DNA of 64,000 nt, from contig JBCAZH010000002.1 of assembly GCA_038533155.1 (NCBI GenBank), forward strand, positions 82,582 through 146,581. Reading direction: 5' to 3'. The position numbers were made by a program, and so were the translations under genes. The DNA comes from Pseudomonadota bacterium. GTDB taxonomy: Bacteria; Pseudomonadota; Gammaproteobacteria; Steroidobacterales; Woeseiaceae. Positions 33,350 through 42,270 of the stretch are shown here, piece after piece (position 1 is the first letter of the stretch; every line of letters begins with the position of its first letter). The notes under the pieces were generated by a model, which had not been told where the DNA came from, did not search any database, and worked only from the letters and a program-made list of their open reading frames with translations.

Positions 33350-34171
33350 TCAGGTGGCCGAAAGCGTCGCGACGGCGTCTTTCGATCGGCGCGCCATTAA
33401 CGCGGCCAACGCAGCGTAGATCTTCGGTGAGCCGGCGAGCACGTGCCCGGCGTCTAGGAAGTCCTCGCCACCATCGACGCCGCTGATAATTCCGCCGGCT
33501 TCGCGGATCAACAGTGCGCCGGCCGCGAGGTCCCACGGTTTCAGTCCGAACTCCCAGAATGCGTCCAAACGACCCGCGGCAACGTAGGCGAGGTCCAAGG
33601 CGGCGGCGCCGGCGCGCCGAATACCGGCCGTGTTTTCCAGTACCAGCTTCAGTAGCGCGAGGTAGGCATCCAGACCACCGGTTTGCGATTCACGATAGGG
33701 GAATCCCGTGCCGATCAGCGATTCGCGCAGATGGGTGCGACCGCTCACGCGGATCCGCTTGCCGTCGAGCTGCGCGCCATCGCCTTTGGAGGCGGTAAAC
33801 AGTTCTTGTCGCATCGGATCGTAAACGACGCCCTGAGACAGGCGGTCGTTCACTTTGACTCCAATCGATACCGCATAGGTCGGGAAGCCATGGATGAAGT
33901 TGTTGGTGCCATCCAAAGGATCGATAACCCAGACGACCGTGTCGTCGGTTCCCGGTGCAAGACCCGACTCCTCGGCGAGAATGCCGTGCTCGGGGTAGTG
34001 CTTACGGATTTCCTCGATGATCTTCGCCTCGGCGGTGCGGTCCGCATCGCTAACGAAGTCGTTGCGACCTTTCTGATTGACATTCAGTTCGTCGAGTCGT
34101 CTGGAACTGCGAATTAGCGCGTTACCGCCTTTTCGGGCGGCGGATACGGCGACATTGAGGAGCGGGTGCAT
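33350..34171 (-). CDS. suhB: Inositol-1-monophosphatase SuhB
   Basis: MHPLLNVAVSAARKGG, LAEESG, WVIDPLDGTNNF and KPWDLAAGALLIREAGG motifs. Conserved position divergent from trmJ. Confidence 0.92.
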   Translation of the reverse strand: MHPLLNVAVSAARKGGNALIRSSRRLDELNVNQKGRNDFVSDADRTAEAKIIEEIRKHYPEHGILAEESGLAPGTDDTVVWVIDPLDGTNNFIHGFPTYAVSIGVKVNDRLSQGVVYDPMRQELFTASKGDGAQLDGKRIRVSGRTHLRESLIGTGFPYRESQTGGLDAYLALLKLVLENTAGIRRAGAAALDLAYVAAGRLDAFWEFGLKPWDLAAGALLIREAGGIISGVDGGEDFLDAGHVLAGSPKIYAALAALMARRSKDAVATLSAT

Positions 34172-34284
34172 CGATTGGATTCCTGGTGGCGACGCGCGGC
34201 GGCGTCGCGTCTGTCTTACGCGGGCGGTAGAATACCAGACACTTAGAAGCGGTTTGCCGCTGTATTGATCAGGCGACGGAATCC

Positions 34285-35016
34285 TTGATGAGCGAACTCT
34301 CCCTACCTGTGCGCATCGTACTGGTCGGTACGACGCACCCGGGCAATATCGGGGCCGTGGCCCGAGCGATGAAAAACATGGGGCTGGCCGACCTCGCGCT
34401 GGTGAACCCGAAGACTTTTCCGAGCGCCCAGGCTGTGGCGCGTGCGTCCGGCGCCACAGACATACTCGACAACGCGACAGTTCACACCCATCTGGATGCT
34501 GCTGTCGCCGATTGCGGTTGGGTGATCGGCACTAGCGCACGCCGACGCAGCATCGCTTGGCCGACGCTGCTCGCGAAAGACGCTGCAACGGAAGTGCTGC
34601 GACGAGCGGCTTCTGGGCCGGTCGCCGTCGTGTTTGGCCCCGAGAAGACGGGCTTGTCCAATGAGGACATGGACCGCTGTGCGGCGCTGGTTGCGATCCC
34701 GACGACTGAGTTCAGCTCACTGAATCTTGCGATGGCTGTCCAGGTCATCGCCTACGAACTGTTCGTACAGCGGGCTGATTTTGACGTCACTCAATCCGAG
34801 GACGCACCACCGGCAACAGCTGACGAGCTCGAGCATCTATACGGGCACATCGAGCGCTTGGCACTCGATAGCGGATTTCTTAATCCCGATAACCCTCGCT
34901 ACCTCATGCGGCGACTTCGGCGGCTCTTTTCGCGTGCGACGCCTGACCAGAATGAGGTGAACATTCTGCGTGGATTGCTTGCGCAGCTTGAATCGGAACG
35001 GTGGCGAAACCCATGA
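34285..35016 (+). CDS. trmJ: tRNA (cytidine/uridine-2'-O-)-methyltransferase TrmJ
   Basis: SPOUT fold with IVLVGTTHPGNIGAVARAMKNMG...VFGPEKTGLSNED...IPT....SLNLAMAVQVIAYE. Confidence 0.88.
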   Translation: MMSELSLPVRIVLVGTTHPGNIGAVARAMKNMGLADLALVNPKTFPSAQAVARASGATDILDNATVHTHLDAAVADCGWVIGTSARRRSIAWPTLLAKDAATEVLRRAASGPVAVVFGPEKTGLSNEDMDRCAALVAIPTTEFSSLNLAMAVQVIAYELFVQRADFDVTQSEDAPPATADELEHLYGHIERLALDSGFLNPDNPRYLMRRLRRLFSRATPDQNEVNILRGLLAQLESERWRNP

Positions 35017-36209
35017 ATCTCGGCTTGCCAGAGATTGCCCCAATTTACTGCGATTACGCGGCAACCACACCGGTCGATCGTCGTGTCGCGGATGCGATGC
35101 ACTCGGTTTTGACGACCGACAACGGCTTCGGCAATCCGTCGTCTTCGTCGCATCGGTTCGGAGAGCAAGCCAACGAGTTCGTCGCTCGCGCGGCCACCCA
35201 GTTGAGTGCGGCGTTGCGTGTCGACAGCGAGCAGATCGTATGGACATCTGGCGCGACCGAGGCTGACAACCTCGCGGTGCTCGGGGCAGCGAGGTATCAC
35301 AGTGACCGGCGTGGCCACATAGTTTGCAGCCGTATCGAGCATAAAGCGGTGGTCGATCCGGTCAGGCGGTTGGAGGCGCAAGGGTTTCCTGTGACGTGGT
35401 TGCAGCCCGATTCCGAGGGGCTTATCACGGCGGATGCGTTGGCCGCGGCGCTGAGAGATGACACCGTTTTAGTGTCATTGATGTGGGTCAACAATGAGCT
35501 TGGGACGATCAATGATATTGGTGCATTCGCCGAGGTGCTCGACGGGCATCCAGCGGTGTTCCACGTCGATGCCGCACAGGCATTTGGGAAGTTGCCCATC
35601 GTGCCGCTGCCGAGTCGTGTTGATCTTCTCGCGCTGACGGGCCACAAATTTTATGGACCGAAAGGGGCCGGTGCCCTTGTGGTGTCGAAGCGAAGCGGCG
35701 TCAACTTGGAGCCACTGTTGTTCGGTGGCGGGCAACAGCGCGGATTGCGTCCGGGTACTCTAGCAACCCATCAGATTGTTGGACTTGGGGCTGCAGCCGT
35801 GCTCGCAGACGAGCACCAGGCGGAGGACGCGCAGCGCCTTAGCGTCCTCGGCCAAACGCTGCTCGAAGGACTGCGAGACGTCGATGGCGTTGCGCTCAAT
35901 GGCAGCTTGGATCAGCGATTGCCGTGGCTGGTAAACGTCAGTGTGAGCGGTGTCCACGGCGGTCTCCTCATGTCCGCCATGGCGCCAGTTGCGGTGTCCG
36001 CGGGATCGGCGTGCAACTCCAAAGATCGTGAGCCGTCGTTTGTGTTGAAGGCGATTGGTCTGTCTGATGCAGGCGCGAGTGCATCGCTGCGCTTCAGTTT
36101 GGGAAGACCCACAACCTCGGCTGACGTGGATTGTGTCGTCGAGCGATTCGCCGACGCCGTCGCAATGTGCCGCAACGTCAGTGGTACGCTCGCAGCGGAT
36201 CGGCCTTGA
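35013..36209 (+). CDS. iscS: Cysteine desulfurase, IscS-like (class I NifS/IscS family)
   Basis: IYCDYAATTPVD, SGATEADNLA, PLP-lysine motif TGHKFYGPKG, active-site loop SAGSACNS, and RFSLGR. The ATG at 35013 overlaps the trmJ stop (ATGA). The C-terminus is about a dozen residues shorter than E. coli IscS as I recall it. Confidence 0.85.
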   Translation: MNLGLPEIAPIYCDYAATTPVDRRVADAMHSVLTTDNGFGNPSSSSHRFGEQANEFVARAATQLSAALRVDSEQIVWTSGATEADNLAVLGAARYHSDRRGHIVCSRIEHKAVVDPVRRLEAQGFPVTWLQPDSEGLITADALAAALRDDTVLVSLMWVNNELGTINDIGAFAEVLDGHPAVFHVDAAQAFGKLPIVPLPSRVDLLALTGHKFYGPKGAGALVVSKRSGVNLEPLLFGGGQQRGLRPGTLATHQIVGLGAAAVLADEHQAEDAQRLSVLGQTLLEGLRDVDGVALNGSLDQRLPWLVNVSVSGVHGGLLMSAMAPVAVSAGSACNSKDREPSFVLKAIGLSDAGASASLRFSLGRPTTSADVDCVVERFADAVAMCRNVSGTLAADRP

Positions 36210-36211
36210 TT

Positions 36212-36565
36212 ATGTCCAATTCGACCATATCTTCTGACCAAGAGCTCAGCCATGTCGGTCTGCCGGACGATGCGCGGGTACAAGCCGCTGGCAGCGCAAA
36301 ACGTGGTTGTGCGGTACAATTTGCCGCACGACGCACAGGCGAGGGTCTGTTGGTTGGCTTCCATGCTTTCGGGCCGGTCGAGATTGTGATGATTTGCGAG
36401 CGATTATGCCGGCAGTGGGAGGCCGACCAGGCAGTATCTGCGCCGCCAATGCCGACACTTTTAGCGTCCGCCGGACTCGGGCGGGAATGGGCAGGGGACC
36501 TGCTCATTGTTGTAGAGGCTGCCAGTGGATTGGCTGAACAACTAGCAGCACACAGCAGCAACTGA
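36212..36565 (+). CDS. Hypothetical 117-aa protein occupying the iscU position (possibly a degenerate IscU-like fold)
   Basis: The ATG lies 2 nt after the iscS stop, and the stop lies 11 nt before iscA, so the ORF is embedded in a tightly coupled operon. Resemblance to IscU is weak and by eye only. Long antisense ORFs also exist here, so coding status is not certain. Confidence 0.45.
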   Translation: MSNSTISSDQELSHVGLPDDARVQAAGSAKRGCAVQFAARRTGEGLLVGFHAFGPVEIVMICERLCRQWEADQAVSAPPMPTLLASAGLGREWAGDLLIVVEAASGLAEQLAAHSSN

Positions 36566-36576
36566 GGATTACCGAA

Positions 36577-36906
36577 ATGAGTATTTCGCTGACCGACAGC
36601 GCATTGACACGGGTACGCGATCACATCGCGCGACGGGGCAGTGGTATCGGCCTTCGCCTCGGCGTCAAGAAGACCGGATGCAACGGGTTTTCGTATGTCA
36701 TCGATTACGCCGATGCCGTGCAGTCCGAAGATGTTGTCTTCGAGCAGTCCGACATCAAGGTCGTGGTGGACAACGACAGCCTACCGCTTTTGGATGGCAC
36801 GGAAATCGACTTCATCAAAGATGGCCTGAATGAAGTGTTTCGGTTCCGCAACCCCAACGCAGCAGGAGAGTGTGGTTGCGGAGAGAGTTTTAACGTCGAC
36901 GACTAG
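36577..36906 (+). CDS. iscA: Iron-sulfur cluster insertion protein, A-type carrier (IscA/ErpA family)
   Basis: 109 aa with LRLGVKKTGCNGFSY and the C-terminal CGCGESF cysteine motif. GAGGA RBS. Confidence 0.88.
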   Translation: MSISLTDSALTRVRDHIARRGSGIGLRLGVKKTGCNGFSYVIDYADAVQSEDVVFEQSDIKVVVDNDSLPLLDGTEIDFIKDGLNEVFRFRNPNAAGECGCGESFNVDD

Positions 36907-36975
36907 CTCGTTCGATACCGCTGGAGTTTTATGCCGGCACTTGTGCCGGCTTGTTTTTGTTTGAGGAATGTATCC

Positions 36976-37407
36976 ATGGCAATCGAAACCACTTTGTCCA
37001 TCATCAAGCCCGATGGCGTCGAGAAAAACCTGATCGGTGAAATCTACGGTCGCTTTGAAAAAGCAGGGCTGCAGATCGTAGCCTCTCGGATGATGCACCT
37101 GACGAAGGAGCAGGCGGAAGGTTTTTACGCAGTGCACAAAGAACGCCCTTTCTTCGCGGATCTTGTGAGCTATATGACGTCCGGTCCTGTCGTCGTGCAG
37201 GCGTTGCACGGTGAGAATGCCGTCGCGCTGCACCGCGACTTGATGGGCGCGACAAACCCGAGCGACGCCGCTCCAGGCACAATTCGTGCGGACTACGCCG
37301 CAAGCATCGAAGAGAACGTGGTTCACGGCTCAGACGCAACGGACACCGCCGCGACTGAAATCGCGTTCTTCTTCCCGGAAGGCGTCGTGGAGCGCACCCG
37401 AGGATAA
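36976..37407 (+). CDS. ndk: Nucleoside-diphosphate kinase
   Basis: [32 protein letters not shown]...NVVHGSD (catalytic His). The start is trimmed to ATG 36976. Confidence 0.95.
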   Translation: MAIETTLSIIKPDGVEKNLIGEIYGRFEKAGLQIVASRMMHLTKEQAEGFYAVHKERPFFADLVSYMTSGPVVVQALHGENAVALHRDLMGATNPSDAAPGTIRADYAASIEENVVHGSDATDTAATEIAFFFPEGVVERTRG

Positions 37408-37411
37408 GGCG

Positions 37412-38506
37412 ATGGCAATGGCCAAAGCAGACAACCTGCTGGGATTGCCACGCGAGGCGTTGGAGGCGTGGTTTACGGATCGCGGCCACCAACGGTTCCG
37501 TGCCCGGCAGGTGATGCAATGGCTGCATCAGCGGCAGGTTTTGGATCCTGCGTTGATGACGGACTTGTCGAAGCCGCTTCGCGAAGAGCTGGCGGCTTCG
37601 GCCGAGTTTACGCCGCCCAAAGTGATCTCGAGTCATCGTTCGGCGGATGGCACCGTTAAGTGGCTTCTAGCGGCGCGCGGCGGACAGGCCATCGAAACCG
37701 TGTTCATTCCCGAACCGGACCGGGGCACGCTGTGTATCTCATCACAAGTCGGCTGCGCGTTGGATTGCGCGTTCTGTGCCACTGCACAACAGGGCTTCAA
37801 CTCCAACCTCACGAGTGCCGAGATCATCGGTCAGGTGTGGCACGCCATCCAGGCGTTACCGCGACGCAGCAATGGCATGCCCGCCGTCTCCAACGTGGTT
37901 CTGATGGGCATGGGCGAACCGTTGGCCAACTACAAGAGCGTAGTGGCTGCGATGAAGATTATGCTGGACGACTACGCATTGGGGTTGTCTCGACGCAGGG
38001 TCACTCTGAGTACGTCTGGATTGGTTCCGCAGATGGACAAGCTGGCGCAAGAGTGCAACGTATCGTTGGCCGTCTCGTTACACGCGCCAACGAACGAATT
38101 GCGCGACCGGTTGGTGCCGATCAACGTTCGCCACCCGATTGAGGAGTTGTTGGCGGCTTGCTGGCGCTACACCGATGCGCATAGCAAGCGGCATGTGACA
38201 TTCGAATACGTGATGTTGGACGGTGTCAATGACGGCAGCGCCGAGGCCAACGCACTTGTGCGTCTGCTTCGAGGTCGACCTGCGAAAGTGAACTTGATTC
38301 CATTCAATCCTTTTCCAGGAACTGAGTTCAGTCGCAGTCCGAAGGCGAGAATCGAGCGTTTTCAGAATATCTTGCGACGGCATGACATCACGACGACCAC
38401 ACGGCGAACGCGAGGTGATGATATCGACGCTGCCTGTGGCCAGTTGGCCGGAAAGGTCGCCGACCGAGTGACCCACCGGCTGAGCGCTCGTGTGCCCCGT
38501 CGCTAG
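37412..38506 (+). CDS. rlmN: 23S rRNA (adenine2503-C2)-methyltransferase RlmN (radical SAM)
   Basis: [12 protein letters not shown], radical-SAM [10 protein letters not shown], and GMGEPLAN. The start is trimmed to ATG 37412, 4 nt after the ndk stop. Confidence 0.93.
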   Translation: MAMAKADNLLGLPREALEAWFTDRGHQRFRARQVMQWLHQRQVLDPALMTDLSKPLREELAASAEFTPPKVISSHRSADGTVKWLLAARGGQAIETVFIPEPDRGTLCISSQVGCALDCAFCATAQQGFNSNLTSAEIIGQVWHAIQALPRRSNGMPAVSNVVLMGMGEPLANYKSVVAAMKIMLDDYALGLSRRRVTLSTSGLVPQMDKLAQECNVSLAVSLHAPTNELRDRLVPINVRHPIEELLAACWRYTDAHSKRHVTFEYVMLDGVNDGSAEANALVRLLRGRPAKVNLIPFNPFPGTEFSRSPKARIERFQNILRRHDITTTTRRTRGDDIDAACGQLAGKVADRVTHRLSARVPRR

Positions 38507-38560
38507 AGTCTTGAAAGAGATAGCATTACTATCGAGCGTAGATCATCTCAGGGGTAGGCA

Positions 38561-39313
38561 ATGCGGCGTCAGTGGTTAGCAGTCGGTCTCGCGGTAGGAA
38601 TGCTCGCGGGCTGTGTAACAGAGGGGGGCGTTGCGCCCACCAAGTCGTCACCGGTTGATGCAGCAGCTTACAACCTGCAGTTGGGCGCGGAGTATCTCAG
38701 GGCCGGCAAGCTGAGCCTCGCTCGCGAGCGGCTGGAGAGTTCGGTCAAGCAAAACCCGAAGGTCGCGCGGGCCCACTTTACACTCGCGATTCTCTATCAA
38801 ACGATCAACGAGCCCGAACTGGCCGACCGCTCATTCCGAAATGCGATCCGCACCGACCCCGATGACGCGGCGGTTCAAAACACCTATGCCGTTCATCTGT
38901 GCGGCAAGAAACGCTACGACCAGGCGGAGAAGTACTTCACGCGCGCTGCGACCAATCCCCTCTACCAGACGCCTGAGGCGGCATGGACGAACGCAGGGGT
39001 GTGCATGCGGGACAAAGGTGATCTCGCTGCGGCAGAGCGGTACTTCCGCGAAGCGCTGAAGGTCGAGCGTTCGTTCCCGGATGCGTTGTTGGAACTAGCA
39101 ACATTGAAATTAGAGACCGGCAATCCGTTGAGCGCCAGGGCATTTCTGGAACGATTGATGGCAGTTCGCGAGGCGACACCACAGTTGCTGTTGCTGGCCT
39201 GGGAGGTCGAGCGGACTCTGGGAGATACCGCCGCCGCGTCGCGATTCTCAGAGCGGCTTCTTCAGGACTTCCCAGATTCCGTCGAGGCTGAAAGAGTAGG
39301 TCGAGGCGGTTAG
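38561..39313 (+). CDS. pilW: TPR lipoprotein, type IV pilus biogenesis/stability protein PilW (PilF-like)
   Basis: Lipobox MLAGC followed by TPR repeats. The position between rlmN and rodZ is the same as Pseudomonas pilF. Confidence 0.7.
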   Translation: MRRQWLAVGLAVGMLAGCVTEGGVAPTKSSPVDAAAYNLQLGAEYLRAGKLSLARERLESSVKQNPKVARAHFTLAILYQTINEPELADRSFRNAIRTDPDDAAVQNTYAVHLCGKKRYDQAEKYFTRAATNPLYQTPEAAWTNAGVCMRDKGDLAAAERYFREALKVERSFPDALLELATLKLETGNPLSARAFLERLMAVREATPQLLLLAWEVERTLGDTAAASRFSERLLQDFPDSVEAERVGRGG

Positions 39314-39322
39314 TCACCCAGC

Positions 39323-40225
39323 ATGGATACCGATTCGGGCAAGACCGAAGAAGATCTCGATGCGACCGTGGCGGAAGGGCTGGGGTCGTGGTTGCGCGAG
39401 GCGCGTAAAGACCGCGCGCTGACCGCGGCGGCTGTCGCTCAAGCGCTGCACCTCGATGTCGGTATTGTCGATGCACTCGAATCCGAATCATTCGATGCGC
39501 TCGGTGCAACGGTGTTTGCTAAAGGTCACGTGCGCGCGGTAGCGAATTATCTGGGGTTGGATTCCGACGAAGCGGCGCGACGCTTTCATAGCGCATCCGG
39601 CACCGCCGAGAACGTACAGCCCGACTTGATCGTCCAGTACCACAGCAAACCGCCGAGTGATCGTCGTTGGGCACTGGGGCTATTGATTGCGCTGTTGCTC
39701 ATGTTGATTGCTGGGTTGGTCTGGGTCGTTTGGAATCTGACGCAAGCGAAAGTTCAAGCGCAAGCCGACGACGCACCCGCGCCGCCTCCCGTGGTCGAGT
39801 CCACGCCGACCGCTCTATCGTCCGACCCAGCAACAACCTCGGATGACTTTGCAGCGCGGCTCGATCAGGCGAGAGCCACAGAGTCGTCGGCTGAACAGCC
39901 TCCGGCAAGCGTTGCACCGATGAGCGAAGCGCCAGCGACGCCGGTTCCCGCGCAGACTTCCGCGGCCGCTGAGACCGCTACGTCGACCGCTGGCGTTGTC
40001 TTCAGTTTCAACGAATCCTGCTGGTACGAAGTTCGAGATGCTAACGGCAACCGGATTGCCTACGGCACAGCACGTTCGGGACTGACTCGGACCATCACCG
40101 GTGCGCGGCCGCTGTCGGTCGTGATCGGCGTTGCCGATGCCGTAACGGTGAGCGTTGATGGTAGTGATTTCGCGATCACGCCGGCAATGCGGCGGGGGCG
40201 AACCGCGCGTTTTTCGATACCTTAG
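39323..40225 (+). CDS. rodZ: Cytoskeleton protein RodZ-like (HTH + TM + DUF4115)
   Basis: N-terminal HTH (LGSWLREARKDRALTAAAVAQALHL), a central TM span, a Pro/Ala/Thr-rich linker, and a C-terminal beta domain (ESCWYEVRDANGNRIAYGT). Confidence 0.8.
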   Translation: MDTDSGKTEEDLDATVAEGLGSWLREARKDRALTAAAVAQALHLDVGIVDALESESFDALGATVFAKGHVRAVANYLGLDSDEAARRFHSASGTAENVQPDLIVQYHSKPPSDRRWALGLLIALLLMLIAGLVWVVWNLTQAKVQAQADDAPAPPPVVESTPTALSSDPATTSDDFAARLDQARATESSAEQPPASVAPMSEAPATPVPAQTSAAAETATSTAGVVFSFNESCWYEVRDANGNRIAYGTARSGLTRTITGARPLSVVIGVADAVTVSVDGSDFAITPAMRRGRTARFSIP

Positions 40226-40283
40226 ACCTGATCGAAGCGCGCGACTATACTCTCGCGCCGCTAACCTTCTCATCGGAGCTCCC

Positions 40284-41561
40284 ATGGCCAACAACGTCCG
40301 TCCAGTCCGTGGCATGAACGACATTCTGCCGCCCGAAGGGGATCGCTGGCTTGCCCTCGAACAGCGCGTGGCCGGGCTGCTGTCGCGGTACGGTTTCCAA
40401 CACGTTCGAGTGCCTCTGCTTGAGCAAACCAGCTTGTTCAAACGTTCCATTGGCGAAGCGACGGATATCGTTGAGAAGGAGATGTATACGTTCGATGATC
40501 GCAATGGGGAGAGTCTAACGCTGCGACCCGAGGCGACAGCTGGCCTGGTGAGAGCGGCGATTACACACGGACTGACGCACAATCAAAAACACAAGCTCTG
40601 GACGACTGGGCCGATGTTCCGCTACGAGCGTCCGCAAAAGGGCCGGTATAGGCAGTTTCACCAAATCGACGTCGAGGCGTTCGGCTATGAGGGGCCGGAT
40701 ATCGATGTCGAGATGATCGCGATGTCCGCGCGGTTGTGGCGGGACCTCGGTATCCAGCGCGTTCGATTGGAGCTCAATTCGTTGGGGACACCCCAAGCGC
40801 GTCAAAACTATCGGGGTGTGCTGGTCGAGTATTTTTCAAAGCACAAAGCGGCGCTTGACGAGGACAGCATGCGGCGACTGGGCACCAACCCGATGCGGAT
40901 TTTGGACAGTAAGAACCCCGATCTCGCAGACCTCATTTCGAAAGCGCCCGTGTTGACCGACTACTTGGATGCCGAGTCGAGTGACCACTTTTCCGCCGTT
41001 TGTCGAGCACTCGATGCGCTGGACATTGAGTACTCGGTCAATCCGAGACTGGTGCGCGGCCTCGACTACTACAGCCGAACGGTTTTCGAGTGGGTCACTG
41101 ATGCGCTCGGCGCGCAGGGCGCTGTATGTTCTGGCGGTCGCTATGACGGATTGTTCGAGCAGTTGGGTGGCAAGCCGGTGCCGGCGATCGGGTGGGCGAT
41201 TGGTGTGGAACGGCTGCTCGCACTGTGCGACGAGGAGGGTGTGTCCCTTTCCCCCAGTGCGCCGAGCGTCTACCTGCTTGGCGAGCCGAGTGATGCCTGC
41301 CAGTCGTTTCTGCTGGCATTGTCGGAGTCACTGCGCGATTCGCTGCCCGAGCTCGCGATCATGCGCCACTTGGGTGGTGGGAGCATCAAGAGCCAGCTTA
41401 AGAAAGCCGACAAGTCTGGGGCCGATTGGGCACTGATTGTCGGTGAGCGGGAACTTGGGCAGGGCGTTGTCAGTCTGAAGCCCCTGAGGACGCTCGATGA
41501 ACAGCGGGTGGTGAAGACGGATGAGCTTGCAAGCGTGTTGAGCGCGACGGCGGGCACTTAA
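40284..41561 (+). CDS. hisS: Histidine--tRNA ligase
   Basis: VRGMNDILP, LRPEATAG, MFRYERPQKGRYRQFHQ and GGRYDGL class II motifs. The start is trimmed to MANNVRPVRGM (ATG 40284). Confidence 0.95.
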   Translation: MANNVRPVRGMNDILPPEGDRWLALEQRVAGLLSRYGFQHVRVPLLEQTSLFKRSIGEATDIVEKEMYTFDDRNGESLTLRPEATAGLVRAAITHGLTHNQKHKLWTTGPMFRYERPQKGRYRQFHQIDVEAFGYEGPDIDVEMIAMSARLWRDLGIQRVRLELNSLGTPQARQNYRGVLVEYFSKHKAALDEDSMRRLGTNPMRILDSKNPDLADLISKAPVLTDYLDAESSDHFSAVCRALDALDIEYSVNPRLVRGLDYYSRTVFEWVTDALGAQGAVCSGGRYDGLFEQLGGKPVPAIGWAIGVERLLALCDEEGVSLSPSAPSVYLLGEPSDACQSFLLALSESLRDSLPELAIMRHLGGGSIKSQLKKADKSGADWALIVGERELGQGVVSLKPLRTLDEQRVVKTDELASVLSATAGT

Positions 41562-41604
41562 TCGTTTCGCACAACGCATCGAAGCGCTAAAATATCGGGT
41601 TTTT

Positions 41605-42270
41605 GTGTCGGGAAATACCGTGGACGACCTAACAGAAGATCAACAACTAGAGCGCCTCAAGGCGTGGTGGGCCGAGAACGGCAAGGCCATCGTGGCAGGG
41701 ATTGCATTGGGCGGCGCCGGACTGTTCGGCTGGAATCAATGGCAGTCGAGCAAAGATGCGGCCGCAATGGCGGCAAGCGCACAGTTCGATAAAGCCGCCG
41801 AGGCGGCAGCGGAATCTGATTTGACCTTGCTCAAGCAGGCTGTGACCGCGCTGGAGAATGAGCACTCCGGATCGGCGTATGTCACGCAAGGGCAGTTGCA
41901 GCTGGCCGCGTTGCATGTCGAGCGCGGCGAAATGGAAGAGGCGGAACCTTTGTTGAGCGCCGTTTTCGATGCCACCCGTGGACAGCCCGAGCACGCCATC
42001 GTCGGTTTAAGGTTGGCGCGCGTGCAGCTGTATCGCGAAAATGGCGGTGACGCGCTCGCGACGCTCGATGGCATTTCGGATACCCGGTATGCATCCGCCG
42101 TCAGCGAGTTGCGTGGAGACATTCTGCGTGCGATGGGCAAAAGCGCCGAAGCGCGGGACGCGTATTCGGACGCGTTGAATGACCCCGGCACGCCGCCTGT
42201 GATCGACGCGGGCATGGTTGAGATGAAGCGCGCTTCTTTGTTGACGACGGAGTCCGACGAAGCATCATGA
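41605..42270 (+). CDS. yfgM: YfgM-family membrane-anchored TPR-like protein
   Basis: EDQQLERLKAWWAENGKAIVAGIALGGAGLFGW N-terminal anchor. Conserved position between hisS and bamB. GTG start. Confidence 0.75.
   Translation: MSGNTVDDLTEDQQLERLKAWWAENGKAIVAGIALGGAGLFGWNQWQSSKDAAAMAASAQFDKAAEAAAESDLTLLKQAVTALENEHSGSAYVTQGQLQLAALHVERGEMEEAEPLLSAVFDATRGQPEHAIVGLRLARVQLYRENGGDALATLDGISDTRYASAVSELRGDILRAMGKSAEARDAYSDALNDPGTPPVIDAGMVEMKRASLLTTESDEAS

Noticed and set aside
34189-34208. A small GC hairpin (GCGACGC-6 nt-GCGTCGC) in the suhB/trmJ divergent spacer. It resembles part of the 19801-19827 terminator stem.
   Set aside because: It has only a 7-bp stem, no flanking U-tract and no further copies noticed. 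This is most likely incidental GC-rich secondary structure rather than a repeat family or riboswitch.
39815-40582. A 255-aa minus-strand ORF across the rodZ/hisS junction. Similar long antisense ORFs occur at 37004-37636, 25004-25636, 36178-36624 and 17715-18314.
   Set aside because: All are antisense to genes with strong family signatures, are Arg/Pro/Ser-rich, and lack any recognisable motif. They are artefacts of GC-rich sequence.
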